Shown: one piece after another, positions 8,899 through 18,738 of the stretch
Layout of the letters: each line of letters opens with the position of its first letter
Numbering within the stretch: position 1 is the stretch's first letter
Assembly (NCBI GenBank): GCA_003707115.1
Contig: PPNB01000007.1
Coordinates: 62,001-126,000, forward strand
DNA from: Tortispora ganteri
Lineage: Eukaryota
Direction: 5' to 3'
Length of the DNA stretch: 64,000 nucleotides
Notes under the pieces: generated by a model
The model's database searches: none
What the model was told of the DNA's origin: nothing
Seen by the model: only the letters and a program-made list of their open reading frames with translations
Program-made: the position numbers and the translations under genes

Positions 8899-10234
8899 CT
8901 ACTCGGGATCTTCGAACGGGTTCGGCAGCTTAACCCCCGCCAGTTTAGCTGGTTTGGGCGGAACTGGTGGTTTGCGCTTCGTCGCGAGCCCTTCCACACT
9001 TATAGGCGGCCTCTCGCTGTACGACACGTCTGAATCGCTTTGGTACGACTCCGAGTCGGTGGCCCTGCTAGGCATTCTGCGTAATCTTCGAGAGGATCCC
9101 GCATGTGGGGACAGATTGTAAGTATTATATTCGTCCTCAGACCTGTCAGACTCCTCGTCTTCTTCGGATCCGGCCGAAGACTGAGCAGACTCTGAGTTGC
9201 TGTAGTCTATGCTTTCATCGGGAAAGCTTAGCTTATCGTACTGTTTTAGAGCATTAACCAATTCTTCATTGGCATGGATGAGCGGCCCGAGAAACTCTTC
9301 AGACTCAATTAGCTGAATATAACGCAACACAGCGCGTCGCAATTCCTTGCACTTTTCAAATAACGATCTTGTTTCTTCATTGTCCACCGGTAGCTCACTG
9401 CGCAAATCCAGACGCTGTATGGCGTTGTTCAAGTTAGTGGCAGCTGTGCCAGCCTGCGCGAGAACCGAGTTCAACTTTGGTTTCTCTTTTGCCAGGTCTA
9501 ATTTTCTAGCCTGTGATTTGCGCGATTTAGATGACGTAGTCCCACTGGTGGTCCGGTTAGCGGTGCGCTTTGCCCTCTCTTGTTCTTTTTCTTTAGCTTT
9601 CTTCTTGCGAGAGCGCGCTTCTGCGTATGTTTCTTTGTCTTTATCAACGCGACTGCCTTGCTGGATAGATGACTCAGAGTATCTTCTGTGTCTTGCAGTG
9701 CTGTAGTATGGTTCAGGGCTGTTATCTATGTTTTTCTGCGAGTGCGTAGTAGTTCCGTGCCTATGGGGGGCGATATTAGAAATGCTAGAAATTCCCGGAA
9801 CATCCTTAAACCGTACCGACCAAGATTTGCATAAAGCAAACAACTTCTTGCGCACTCTGTTGCTCAAAGTGGTTTCCATGGCCATTTCTCGCAGATACTG
9901 TGCCAGGCGATAGTCGATGATCTGTGACCTTACGCGATCCGAGCCATTATCGAGTATAGTATCAAGTAGCGTCAATGCACGAAGTTTCATGTGATCATTG
10001 CCATATTTAAGTTTTTTCCTGATCGCGCGAGCGGCTTCAGTGGGGCTGGGTGGTGTTAGTCAAACCGTGCAGATACGGTTCCCCCGCATGTAATACTTAC
10101 CCGGATGCCGAAAGCTTTATTGAATCTAACAGTTCAATTATGCCATCAATACTGTCCTCTTCATATGATTCACTGGTGAGATCCTCTATACTTACAGATA
10201 CTGCAGTGTAAGGATGATCGTCAAAGAAACCCAT
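8899..10234 (-). CDS. LSB5: VHS/GAT-domain endocytic adaptor Lsb5, spliced
   Basis: Model: complement(join(8899..10045,10101..10234)). Starts MGFFDDHPYTAV and continues GPTEAARAIRKKLKYG; GAT segment LRYIQLIESEEFLGPLIHANEEL; C-terminal NPF motif. Confidence 0.9.
10046..10100 (-). other. Spliceosomal intron in LSB5 (55 nt)
   Basis: 5' GTAAGT, branch GACTAAC, 3' CAG. Phase 2; restores the reading frame. Confidence 0.88.
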
Positions 10235-10289
10235 AATGGACTAGGTTGGAAAGATAGGGGTGGTAGTGGAAACTCATAGTAGTTGTAAG

Positions 10290-10385
10290 TTTCCCTATTG
10301 GGAAATATCCATCTTAGTCAGAATATTGAATTATTCTATATTTTAAATATCAAAAGTGAATATTCTTTTAATATTTACTAAGTAA
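10290..10385. promoter_or_regulatory. Mcm1-type palindrome plus two Yap1-type elements in the LSB5/MsrA divergent promoter
   Basis: TTTCCCTATTGGGAAA at 10290-10305, TTAGTCA at 10314-10320 and TTACTAA at 10375-10381. Confidence 0.45.
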
Positions 10386-10404
10386 TAGTATATTTTATTT
10401 GTTT

Positions 10405-10965
10405 ATGTCACCAATCTCAAAGACATTAAGCGTACCAGTAGGAGCAGAAGTAGCTACTTATGCTGCGGGTTGCTTCTGGGGAGTTGAACATATATTTCGT
10501 AAACATTTCTTATCAAAAGGCCTAATTGACACAAAAGTAGGCTATGCTGGTGGTCATACGAGTTCACCAACTTATAAACAAGTATGCAATGGCGATACTG
10601 GTCATGCTGAATCTCTTCAAATCTCATTTGACCCTAAACTAGTCTCATTCGCCACTTTGACCGACTTCTTCTTCCGAATTCATGATCCAACTATGCTTAA
10701 CTATCAGGGTCCGGATATAGGCAACCAATATCGTTCAGCTGTGTTCTATCATGATGAAAATCAGCGTGATGTAGCTAAAAAGGTTGCTGCTGATGTTTCG
10801 CAACGCATATTTCACGGCAAACCTTTTGCCACCGTTTTTGAACCAATTAAAGATTTCTACGATGCCGAAGAGTACCATCAACTTTATCTCGACAAGAACC
10901 CAGCGGGCTATGAGTGTCCTACACACTATGTTCGTGGCGATCCTGGCTTCATCTCAAACATCTAG
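10405..10965 (+). CDS. MXR1: Peptide-methionine (S)-S-oxide reductase MsrA
   Basis: AAGCFWGVE, VGYAGG, TGHAE, HDPT..N.QGPD.G.QYRS, AEEYHQ.YL and YECPTH. Confidence 0.96.
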   Translation: MSPISKTLSVPVGAEVATYAAGCFWGVEHIFRKHFLSKGLIDTKVGYAGGHTSSPTYKQVCNGDTGHAESLQISFDPKLVSFATLTDFFFRIHDPTMLNYQGPDIGNQYRSAVFYHDENQRDVAKKVAADVSQRIFHGKPFATVFEPIKDFYDAEEYHQLYLDKNPAGYECPTHYVRGDPGFISNI

Positions 10966-11293
10966 TAACTATAGGCGCTCGTTCTTAAATAGGATCACTG
11001 TCAATCAACCAGCATCTAACCACCATCAATCAACCAGCGTCTAGCCACTATCAATATTCTGCAACTTTTATCTCTCGCAAAGCATATTGGGTTAACAATG
11101 TAAACTACTTTGCATCATTATTTGTTGTATTCGTCCAACATTCACTTACAGAATTGCTGGTCATCGAAAAACGTTATGTCCATTAGAGTTCAATGTACAT
11201 CCAATAGCAATTGTTGCGTTATACTCCAACTCCACATCAGCAATATATAGTCTTTTATTTTGATTCTTGATCCAATCAACATTACAAAAGACA

Positions 11294-12028
11294 ATGTCAA
11301 CGGAATTGAAACCTATTATGCCTGATCCCATTGAGGAACCGATCACAGAAAATGAAGACAAGACACCAGAACCCAGAGCAATTAACTGGCAGTATTACCT
11401 CTACAAAGCTCAAAGCCTGTCTGCGTTCACATTTTCAGGTTTCGCTGCAATGCATCTACCTGCTGTTATACTAGCTCCATCTCTAACTCACTCCATAGAC
11501 AATGGTAACGCAATTCTTCGTGCTGGCCGTGCGATCTACCAGTTCCTGCCTATTGAGATGCTTTTTGCCGGATCATTGATCCTGCACGTGGCGTCAGGCG
11601 TGTCTCTGCGATATCTGCGCAACATTGATTCGAAAGCGAAGTACGGCAAAAGCATTAGAGTATCTCCAATTGCCAAATCCGGTTACCTACTAACCGTTTT
11701 ACTAAGCGGACATGCTTTCATGGAGCGTGTAATCCCGCTGTTGGTAGATGGCGACAGTTCCTTTGTTGATTTGTCGTACGTCTCGCACGCGATTTCTATT
11801 AAAGGTGCGATCACTTTTGGCGCACTAGCATTTCTAGCAGTTTCTTATGTATATCATGCGACGGGTGGTTCTTTAAAATTTTTGCACAAGAAAATCGGTA
11901 AGAGACCCCTTTTTGCAGCATCAATAGCGCTGGCTTTGTCGACAATCAGTCTGACAGTGATAGCAAAGGCAGGCCCTGCGCGAGGTTCACTCGCTGCACA
12001 TTATAACAGCTATATTAACTTCATGTGA
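11294..12028 (+). CDS. MCP1: Mitochondrial outer-membrane protein Mcp1 (Mdm10-complementing)
   Basis: Multi-TM protein with Q..SA..F..F..MH, R.IYQ...E, LHVASG, SGY...H and PLLVDGDSSFVDLSYVSH. Confidence 0.75.
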   Translation: MSTELKPIMPDPIEEPITENEDKTPEPRAINWQYYLYKAQSLSAFTFSGFAAMHLPAVILAPSLTHSIDNGNAILRAGRAIYQFLPIEMLFAGSLILHVASGVSLRYLRNIDSKAKYGKSIRVSPIAKSGYLLTVLLSGHAFMERVIPLLVDGDSSFVDLSYVSHAISIKGAITFGALAFLAVSYVYHATGGSLKFLHKKIGKRPLFAASIALALSTISLTVIAKAGPARGSLAAHYNSYINFM

Positions 12029-12791
12029 AAGCTGAAATATATTCTTCTGCAGTTATATCCATTCTTTCGCAAGGAAGTTTCAAAGTCTGTGCTAGCTCGT
12101 TGGCATACACATCTGCCACTTCACTTACAGAAGGCACAGCAACACTACAAGATTTTTTTGACTGTGATTCTAAAACCTTCTGTATAGAAGTAACAGACTT
12201 GTTGGGGAGTCCGCAAGCGATAATTTTATCGAACCATTTCAGATCAGTAAACACGTTCAGTCCTATACCATAATTGGTAACCCGGCGCCGCATGTGAACG
12301 CCGATCGCACATATCTTTTCTTCATCTGTGATCCATACACCCGGGTTCTCTGTGACTATACCCTTTATCTCGTACCGCTCTAAAGTCCTAATCACCACAT
12401 TCTCTAGCATCCGTATGTAACATCTTACACTTAGGCCAAAAACGCCAGTGTCAAGCACCGGATATGAGGTCAACTGGCCTGGCCCATGAAACGTCGTTTG
12501 TCCTCCACGTAACGTAGACACAACTTCAGCGCCTGATTCAAGCAATTCTCTTTTCTTATTAGCGTCGATCCCATTACGAGCGTCTCGCCGGCCCAAAGTA
12601 TATACGGGCTTCATCTCCATGGTGAAAACAGTCGGGTCGGGTTGTTTATCAAGCCGTTGACCGGCATTGATGAGCTTTTGACCGGTATTGATCTGCTTCC
12701 AGTTAAGCAACCTTCGTGCATAATTTTCTTGGATTTTCTGGCACTCTTTGTATTGAGGCAATCCTTTTAGATGCACATGGCGTAAAATCAT
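12021..12791 (-). CDS. LIP2: Lipoyl(octanoyl) transferase LipB
   Basis: PVYTLGRR, RGGQTTFHGPGQL..YP, GVW...KICAIGV and FDKIIACGL. Confidence 0.94.
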   Translation of the reverse strand: MILRHVHLKGLPQYKECQKIQENYARRLLNWKQINTGQKLINAGQRLDKQPDPTVFTMEMKPVYTLGRRDARNGIDANKKRELLESGAEVVSTLRGGQTTFHGPGQLTSYPVLDTGVFGLSVRCYIRMLENVVIRTLERYEIKGIVTENPGVWITDEEKICAIGVHMRRRVTNYGIGLNVFTDLKWFDKIIACGLPNKSVTSIQKVLESQSKKSCSVAVPSVSEVADVYANELAQTLKLPCERMDITAEEYISAFT

Positions 12792-12975
12792 TGACTTGTC
12801 AGTGTCGTTCGAAGAACTATGTACGTGTTGTTACCGTTGTTAGGTGTTAGTAAATAAAGTTTGAAAGTACGTGAAGTATGTATGTTACAAGTTCCCCTTT
12901 AAGACCCATAACAAACCCAGACCGAACTCACCTCACCCCCACCACGCCAGGTTGCCGCGCTCGTATGCATACGCA

Positions 12976-14391
12976 ATGGACGGTGCACAAGGGAATCACA
13001 GTGGTAAAAATGGTGAGAATAATGATAATTGTGATGAAATCAATACAGCCAATAGAATGTCCTTGAAGAGACCTGGTGAACCTATACTAAGGCCACCAAA
13101 ACAGCCCGCGTCCGAGAACCATGCATGGCGGTCTAAATGGTTATGCATTCTCAAGACATGGCATGTTTACTTCGACAAAATTGACGATCAATCAATCTCT
13201 AGCATTAGACCTGTTCTAAGACAGCTCGGTGTGTCTATTGACCCCTTCTTCAGCACTACAATGATAAACTGTATAATAACATCTAGATCCAATGTTGATC
13301 TGCCCGCGCATGACATTCTCGCTAAAGCCAAGGCCGCAGGTATACGTATCTGGACCGTTTCTAAGCTCAAAAAGTTTCTTGTCGCAATCGGTGCTGTCGC
13401 TTCTTTCCCAGACTCCTCTCTAGTTCCAGTGCCTGCTGTCGCGTTAAAGGACACTAGTCTCTCTCGAATCCTCCAGGAAGAAAAACTGCATGGCCCCACC
13501 GACACCGATCCTAACGCCAGGCGCGAGGACTTCTGCTACTTCAAAGGCCCGTATATAATGGTTTATGATATGCTCGGCAAGTATAAACCGTCGCATATAC
13601 GACACTATCGCGCTTCGGACGACTCAGACTTCGAGTGGCCTTTCTTAGCCCGAACAACGCCAGGCTCATGTCCATTCTATCTCGCCGACCGCAGCTCTCG
13701 TGGCAACGCGCCTGTCGCTGTGAAGCAGCCGGCAGTTATCGAAGACACAGGACGAACCGAAACGGAAAATAATGCTAACAACGCTAATAATGATGATGAT
13801 AATGATAATACACACAGCGCGACAGGAGATATTATTCCTGACTCGCAGCCAGTGCGAGATGAAGTGACGACAACTACACAAGTCACGCTACTTCCTGCGG
13901 CTAAAATAGACGATGAAAAGCTCAGCAATGTTTCGTCTAGAATGGCAAGGAAAGGCGCCTCAGAGAAGGCAGCTCTTATGACGCTATCGGCTGCCAGGCT
14001 TAATTCACTCCAAGAGCCAGTAGCTTCAGGAATGAACTCTAAAATGACTTCTGCAATTCGATCTATGCTGCAGAGTGGTGAAACTGGAAGTACCTACGCC
14101 AATGCGGCTGCGCCATCACAAAAGGTCGCGCTGTTGGGCCGCAAGGTTTTCCAACGAGATGCCGTGACGCCTTCAGTGCCGCAAGTTCAGGTGACTAAGG
14201 AAGCTGTAGCTGCAAGAGAAGTGCGAGGAGGACAGTGTGATAACTGTCACTGCAACTTTGACGATTTTCATGAACATATGAACTCTAAATCACACAGAAT
14301 CTTTGCACGGAATGCTTCGAATTTCGAAGATATTGATAAGTTCATACGAGCGGTTCAAAGACCACGACGAGCGAGACTGGATGTGCTTTAA
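12976..14391 (+). CDS. DBF4: DDK regulatory subunit Dbf4/Dfp1
   Basis: BRCT-like N motif (YFD...PFFS...IWTVSKL), M motif (FCYFKGPYIMVYD...WP...G.CPF) and C-terminal zinc finger CDNC...H....H. The start ATG is uncertain (12976, or the later MSLKR ATG). Confidence 0.9.
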   Translation: MDGAQGNHSGKNGENNDNCDEINTANRMSLKRPGEPILRPPKQPASENHAWRSKWLCILKTWHVYFDKIDDQSISSIRPVLRQLGVSIDPFFSTTMINCIITSRSNVDLPAHDILAKAKAAGIRIWTVSKLKKFLVAIGAVASFPDSSLVPVPAVALKDTSLSRILQEEKLHGPTDTDPNARREDFCYFKGPYIMVYDMLGKYKPSHIRHYRASDDSDFEWPFLARTTPGSCPFYLADRSSRGNAPVAVKQPAVIEDTGRTETENNANNANNDDDNDNTHSATGDIIPDSQPVRDEVTTTTQVTLLPAAKIDDEKLSNVSSRMARKGASEKAALMTLSAARLNSLQEPVASGMNSKMTSAIRSMLQSGETGSTYANAAAPSQKVALLGRKVFQRDAVTPSVPQVQVTKEAVAAREVRGGQCDNCHCNFDDFHEHMNSKSHRIFARNASNFEDIDKFIRAVQRPRRARLDVL

Positions 14392-14974
14392 AGATAATTA
14401 TGATTCTGTGAAATATTGTTGCTTCTGTTAATCATGTTTGCTTCTGCTAAACTTACTGGCACTTCATACTGCAACCAGTTCCGGTAACAATGATACGATA
14501 ACTGGAAAAAAAAATCGATAAATCGCTAAATCGCTAAACCAGACTAGCACAAATATTGTAACTTTGTGTGAACTTTATAAGCCGCACGTCAAATTTATTT
14601 ACATTTAGGTTTACGCCCCGCTCTGGAAACCTTTACAACCCCCCGAGGATACTTAAAGTGCGACTATAAACCATATTCTGTTTAGTTCTTCATTTTATTC
14701 ATTTTTGTGGCTTAGTATTCAATTTTCCGCTTATAAGCAGTAATTTGAAATTTATAATTTCTTTAAGAACGAAATTACGCTATAACTGGATTGTTGAATT
14801 GCTATTCTGTTTCCTTTTAAAAAGAAAAAAAGAGATCATATTTGAAAGTCTTTCCTCGAATCTGCTTTTTTCCAATTTATACCTTTTTTTTGGCCCTTTG
14901 AACGCCGAAATTTAGTCAAAAAACCCAATTCTAGTTTACTACAAGTTTATCTTTTTTATTTTCTTTTCTTTGAA

Positions 14975-17900
14975 ATGTCTTCCTTCTCAGCTGCTGCCTC
15001 TCTTTTTGCGAAACATCACTCTGCACCTGAATCTCCAGCTCCAGCTCCGTTAACTGAACCCACGAAATCTACTGAAACCAGCTTCAGTCTGTCTAATGAA
15101 GAATTCCCTTCCTTATCAAACTCATCTCCTCTTCAAAATGGTACTACCAATATCTTAGGCTCTCCTCAGCCTTGGGGTACCGCTTCCGCTGCTCCTGCTC
15201 AGGTCACTTCTTCGCCGCTCACTAATGGCACCGCTCCGCGACCTGCTCGAATGACAATCCCCAATAGATCAGCAGTAGTATCTGAATCTATTTTTATTGA
15301 ATCGCAACAACTATGTGAAGATTTCACACCCATGCTCCTATCATCTACGCTGTTACGTGTCAAGAACAAGCACTCTATTTCTATTGAGTCTTCATCCTCT
15401 AAGGCTACCGGAACCATCACCATAATCCTCAAGGGTGAAGAAACAAAAGTCCATGCAGCAAAACGCGAACTTAAAGCCGCGCTTTCCCGCAAATGTACCG
15501 ATACTCTCTCAGTCCCGCGCAAAACTATACGACATATCATCGGCCCAAAAGGCGTCACTTTGAATGAAATAACCATCCGCACCCTCTGCCAGATCACTAT
15601 CCCTAAAGATTCCAACGAAACTGCTCAGGATGGTTCTACAGGCGAAGATACCGTCGATATAGTTCTTACTGGCGACTCAGACGGTATTTCCGCCGCAACT
15701 ACTGCCATTCTCGATATTGTCGCTGAGCACACCAAGAACATGTCTGTACGAATAACAGATATCGAACCGCGCTTTTATCCTTTTTTGTCATCAGCACTGT
15801 CACCTAAACTTGACGAGCTTGACCACGTCGAAGACCTAAAATTATCTTTCCCCTCTGCGCGACAGATTCTCGCTTCCGATTCTAGCCCGCCGTATATTAG
15901 CATATCGGGACCCCGCGAGATCGTCTTGTCTGTGCGCGACAGCATTTACGCAGCCGTCGAGAAAATGAATCTGACTTTTGGAGAGGCCAAGACGAGCATT
16001 CCTCGCGCGCGCCACCGATTCGTGCTCGGCGACAAGGGAAAGAATGTTCAAGACTTACTTGAAACTACTGGCTGCTATGTCTTCTTCCCTCCTCTTTCGT
16101 CTTCCGACAACACTTTGGTCATTTTCGGGCCGAGGTCTAACCTTTCTGAAGCCCTCGAACGAGTGCTCGCTGATTCTAGCTCTTTGTCAGTCGACGTCCT
16201 GGACATCTCATTGGCCTATAGCCATAACGTGAGTCACGCTAGAGACCTTGCGAGGTATTTTGTGTACTCTGGTATATTGTCAGACATTGAATCCGAGCTT
16301 GACGTTCAAATATGTCCGCCACCACTCTCTACACTTGCAGATTCCTCTTTGGACGCTGTCAAGATTGAAATTGTCGCCAAAGACGCCGAACCGATTAAAG
16401 CTGCTCGCAAGAAAATTGTTGACTTAGTCAATTCTATTCCTCCTAGTTATATTCAACATATCGATGGAGTCAACCCCATCGACTATCCTCAGTTCATTAC
16501 TGCTAAGAGAGACGTTCATGCGGAAATTTACTCTCAGTACGGGCTCACTATTGTCTGCCCCAAGAAAAATGATCCTGTACGAGACATGCTTCTAGTATAC
16601 CTTGCTGCTCCAGGAAACGAATTTCTGCCGGACCCACAGCAGATTTCAAACAGCCTCAAGGGCGCTATGGAATATGTTCGCTCGCTTCAGGACAAGCTGA
16701 GCGACTTTACATATACTATAGTGGACTCAATTCCATCTTCTGACTTTAAGTACATTATTGGACCTAAAGGTGCGACTCTAAACAAGCTTCTAGGTGTTAC
16801 TGATGCTGATAATGACGAAACTGATGCTTACATTCTACTCGGCAAAAGCAACAACTACAAACTTCGCAAGTTCTTAACAGCCAATGACATCAATTTGACA
16901 GAGTCCAGCATATTCATATGTGGGCCTGAAAACGAAGTGAAGAGACTGAAGTCTTCCCTACCTAAGGTTATTAAGGATGCTAAAGAAGAAGAGGTTCGCA
17001 ATTCATACAAGCTAGCTCTGGATCTTGAACCCGGGTTCATGATGTCACTAATAGGCAGACAAGGAAGCAATATAAATAAGTTGAGGACAGATTTTGACTG
17101 CTCTATTGAAGCCGAATCTGGTACCGTCAATATCAAGGGCGTTAAGAGCAATGTTGAAGCAGCCCGCGACGAAATAATGAAACAGTATAATGCGTTCCAG
17201 GACTACAGAGAAGACACGCTATCAATTCCTGCGAAATATTATGGAGCTCTCATTGGACCAAAAGGTGCATTTGTATCCAAGTTGGAAGAAAAGTACGGTG
17301 TGAGGGTGCTTTTCCCACATATTTCTGGATCTGACACTGCGTCTGAAGGAACTTCGGAGAATAATAGTCGCTCAAATGACGATATTGTTGTTCAGGGTGC
17401 ATCCAAGAAAGTCGCTGCTGCAAAAAAGGAGCTGCTCGAACTCTACAAGTACGAAGCGGAGAGCTCACTATCGGAAGAGTTTGCAATTCCTGATGCAGTT
17501 GCTCCTTTTCTCATTGGTCGCAATGGCGATACTATTAAGCAGCTTTCAGCACTGTCTTCTACGACTGTCAAGCTACAGAAGAATACTGAGTCTGGACAAC
17601 AGAGTGTTTTGGTGACAGGCAGGAAAGAGGGCATTAAAATTGTCAAAGATAAAATTGACGAACTTATAAAGCTATATGGTGACTCTGTAACACGGTCTAT
17701 TTCAGTTCCGAAGAAATATCACAGGAATCTGAGAGGTCACAATGGCTCTAAACTACGTGAAATCATAGCTAACGCCGGTGGAGACAACAAACTTGAGGGT
17801 GAAGAAACAAGAATTATTAGAGTACCGCCGAGTTCATCTGACTCTGAGGAGGTAATAGTTTCAGGAAAGTCATCGTTGGTTGAGAGTATTATTAACTCTA

Positions 17901-18682
17901 TCCAGACAATGGTTGAAGACTTGAAAAGCGAAGTCACTAAGTCTATCGACATAGCGCCTGGCAGACGCGCTGCTGTAGTGGGACCTGGTGGATCTGTTAG
18001 ACGGCAGTTAGAGCAGGAATATTCTGTATCTATTGATATACCACCGTCAGGCTCTTCTGCTAGTGTCAAAGTGTCTGGAAAGATTGAGAATGTCGAACAA
18101 GCGATTGCGAAAATTGAGAGCATGGCAGGGGAACCCAGTGTCTCTGAGAAACAACTTTCGCCTACAGCGGGTCTGATTCTTTCTGAAGATAAAGAGTTCA
18201 AGAACACATTACGACGTGATTATAGCGTTTCTGTTAGTTTCGACGGTGTTCGCAAATTGTCAACGGAAGTAAGTGAATCTGAGCAGGGTGATTTTCTATC
18301 TGAAAATGGTTCCATTGATCCATCGAGCTTAACTGCGTACCAGTGGATCATGAATGTAACAAACATGGACGACTCAAAAGTCATAATGCGTTTGTCTGGT
18401 TCTGATGATAGCCTGAAACGATCTGAAAAGTTTGTTAGCCGATCAATAAAAACAGCTGAAGGGTTCAATGCCGTGGGTTCATTAACTCTGAACGATTCTA
18501 GCATGTTTAAGCGCATTGTCGGAGCTGGAGGTAGAACAATTCAGAGAATTAGAGAATCTACCGGCTGTATGATTGATGTTCCAAGAAATAGCGACGCCAA
18601 AAAGCCTGTAGTGATTAGAGGATCTGAAAAAGGCGTCAAAACAGCTAAACAGGAGATTTTGGCTATTCTGTCTAAAGAATAG
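14975..18682 (+). CDS. SCP160: Multi-KH-domain RNA-binding protein (vigilin)
   Basis: 1235 aa with many KH GxxG loops (IIGPKG, VLGDKG, LIGRQG, LIGRNG, VVGPGG, IVGAGG). Confidence 0.93.
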   Translation: MSSFSAAASLFAKHHSAPESPAPAPLTEPTKSTETSFSLSNEEFPSLSNSSPLQNGTTNILGSPQPWGTASAAPAQVTSSPLTNGTAPRPARMTIPNRSAVVSESIFIESQQLCEDFTPMLLSSTLLRVKNKHSISIESSSSKATGTITIILKGEETKVHAAKRELKAALSRKCTDTLSVPRKTIRHIIGPKGVTLNEITIRTLCQITIPKDSNETAQDGSTGEDTVDIVLTGDSDGISAATTAILDIVAEHTKNMSVRITDIEPRFYPFLSSALSPKLDELDHVEDLKLSFPSARQILASDSSPPYISISGPREIVLSVRDSIYAAVEKMNLTFGEAKTSIPRARHRFVLGDKGKNVQDLLETTGCYVFFPPLSSSDNTLVIFGPRSNLSEALERVLADSSSLSVDVLDISLAYSHNVSHARDLARYFVYSGILSDIESELDVQICPPPLSTLADSSLDAVKIEIVAKDAEPIKAARKKIVDLVNSIPPSYIQHIDGVNPIDYPQFITAKRDVHAEIYSQYGLTIVCPKKNDPVRDMLLVYLAAPGNEFLPDPQQISNSLKGAMEYVRSLQDKLSDFTYTIVDSIPSSDFKYIIGPKGATLNKLLGVTDADNDETDAYILLGKSNNYKLRKFLTANDINLTESSIFICGPENEVKRLKSSLPKVIKDAKEEEVRNSYKLALDLEPGFMMSLIGRQGSNINKLRTDFDCSIEAESGTVNIKGVKSNVEAARDEIMKQYNAFQDYREDTLSIPAKYYGALIGPKGAFVSKLEEKYGVRVLFPHISGSDTASEGTSENNSRSNDDIVVQGASKKVAAAKKELLELYKYEAESSLSEEFAIPDAVAPFLIGRNGDTIKQLSALSSTTVKLQKNTESGQQSVLVTGRKEGIKIVKDKIDELIKLYGDSVTRSISVPKKYHRNLRGHNGSKLREIIANAGGDNKLEGEETRIIRVPPSSSDSEEVIVSGKSSLVESIINSIQTMVEDLKSEVTKSIDIAPGRRAAVVGPGGSVRRQLEQEYSVSIDIPPSGSSASVKVSGKIENVEQAIAKIESMAGEPSVSEKQLSPTAGLILSEDKEFKNTLRRDYSVSVSFDGVRKLSTEVSESEQGDFLSENGSIDPSSLTAYQWIMNVTNMDDSKVIMRLSGSDDSLKRSEKFVSRSIKTAEGFNAVGSLTLNDSSMFKRIVGAGGRTIQRIRESTGCMIDVPRNSDAKKPVVIRGSEKGVKTAKQEILAILSKE

Positions 18683-18738
18683 ACTTGTTGTGTTCTACAA
18701 ACCAGAATTTGTATCTAGTTATTTATTTTTTCATTAAA

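Noticed and set aside
10093..10101. ATACTTACC resembling the U1 snRNA 5' end
   Set aside because: It is the reverse complement of the LSB5 intron donor; no U1 body follows.
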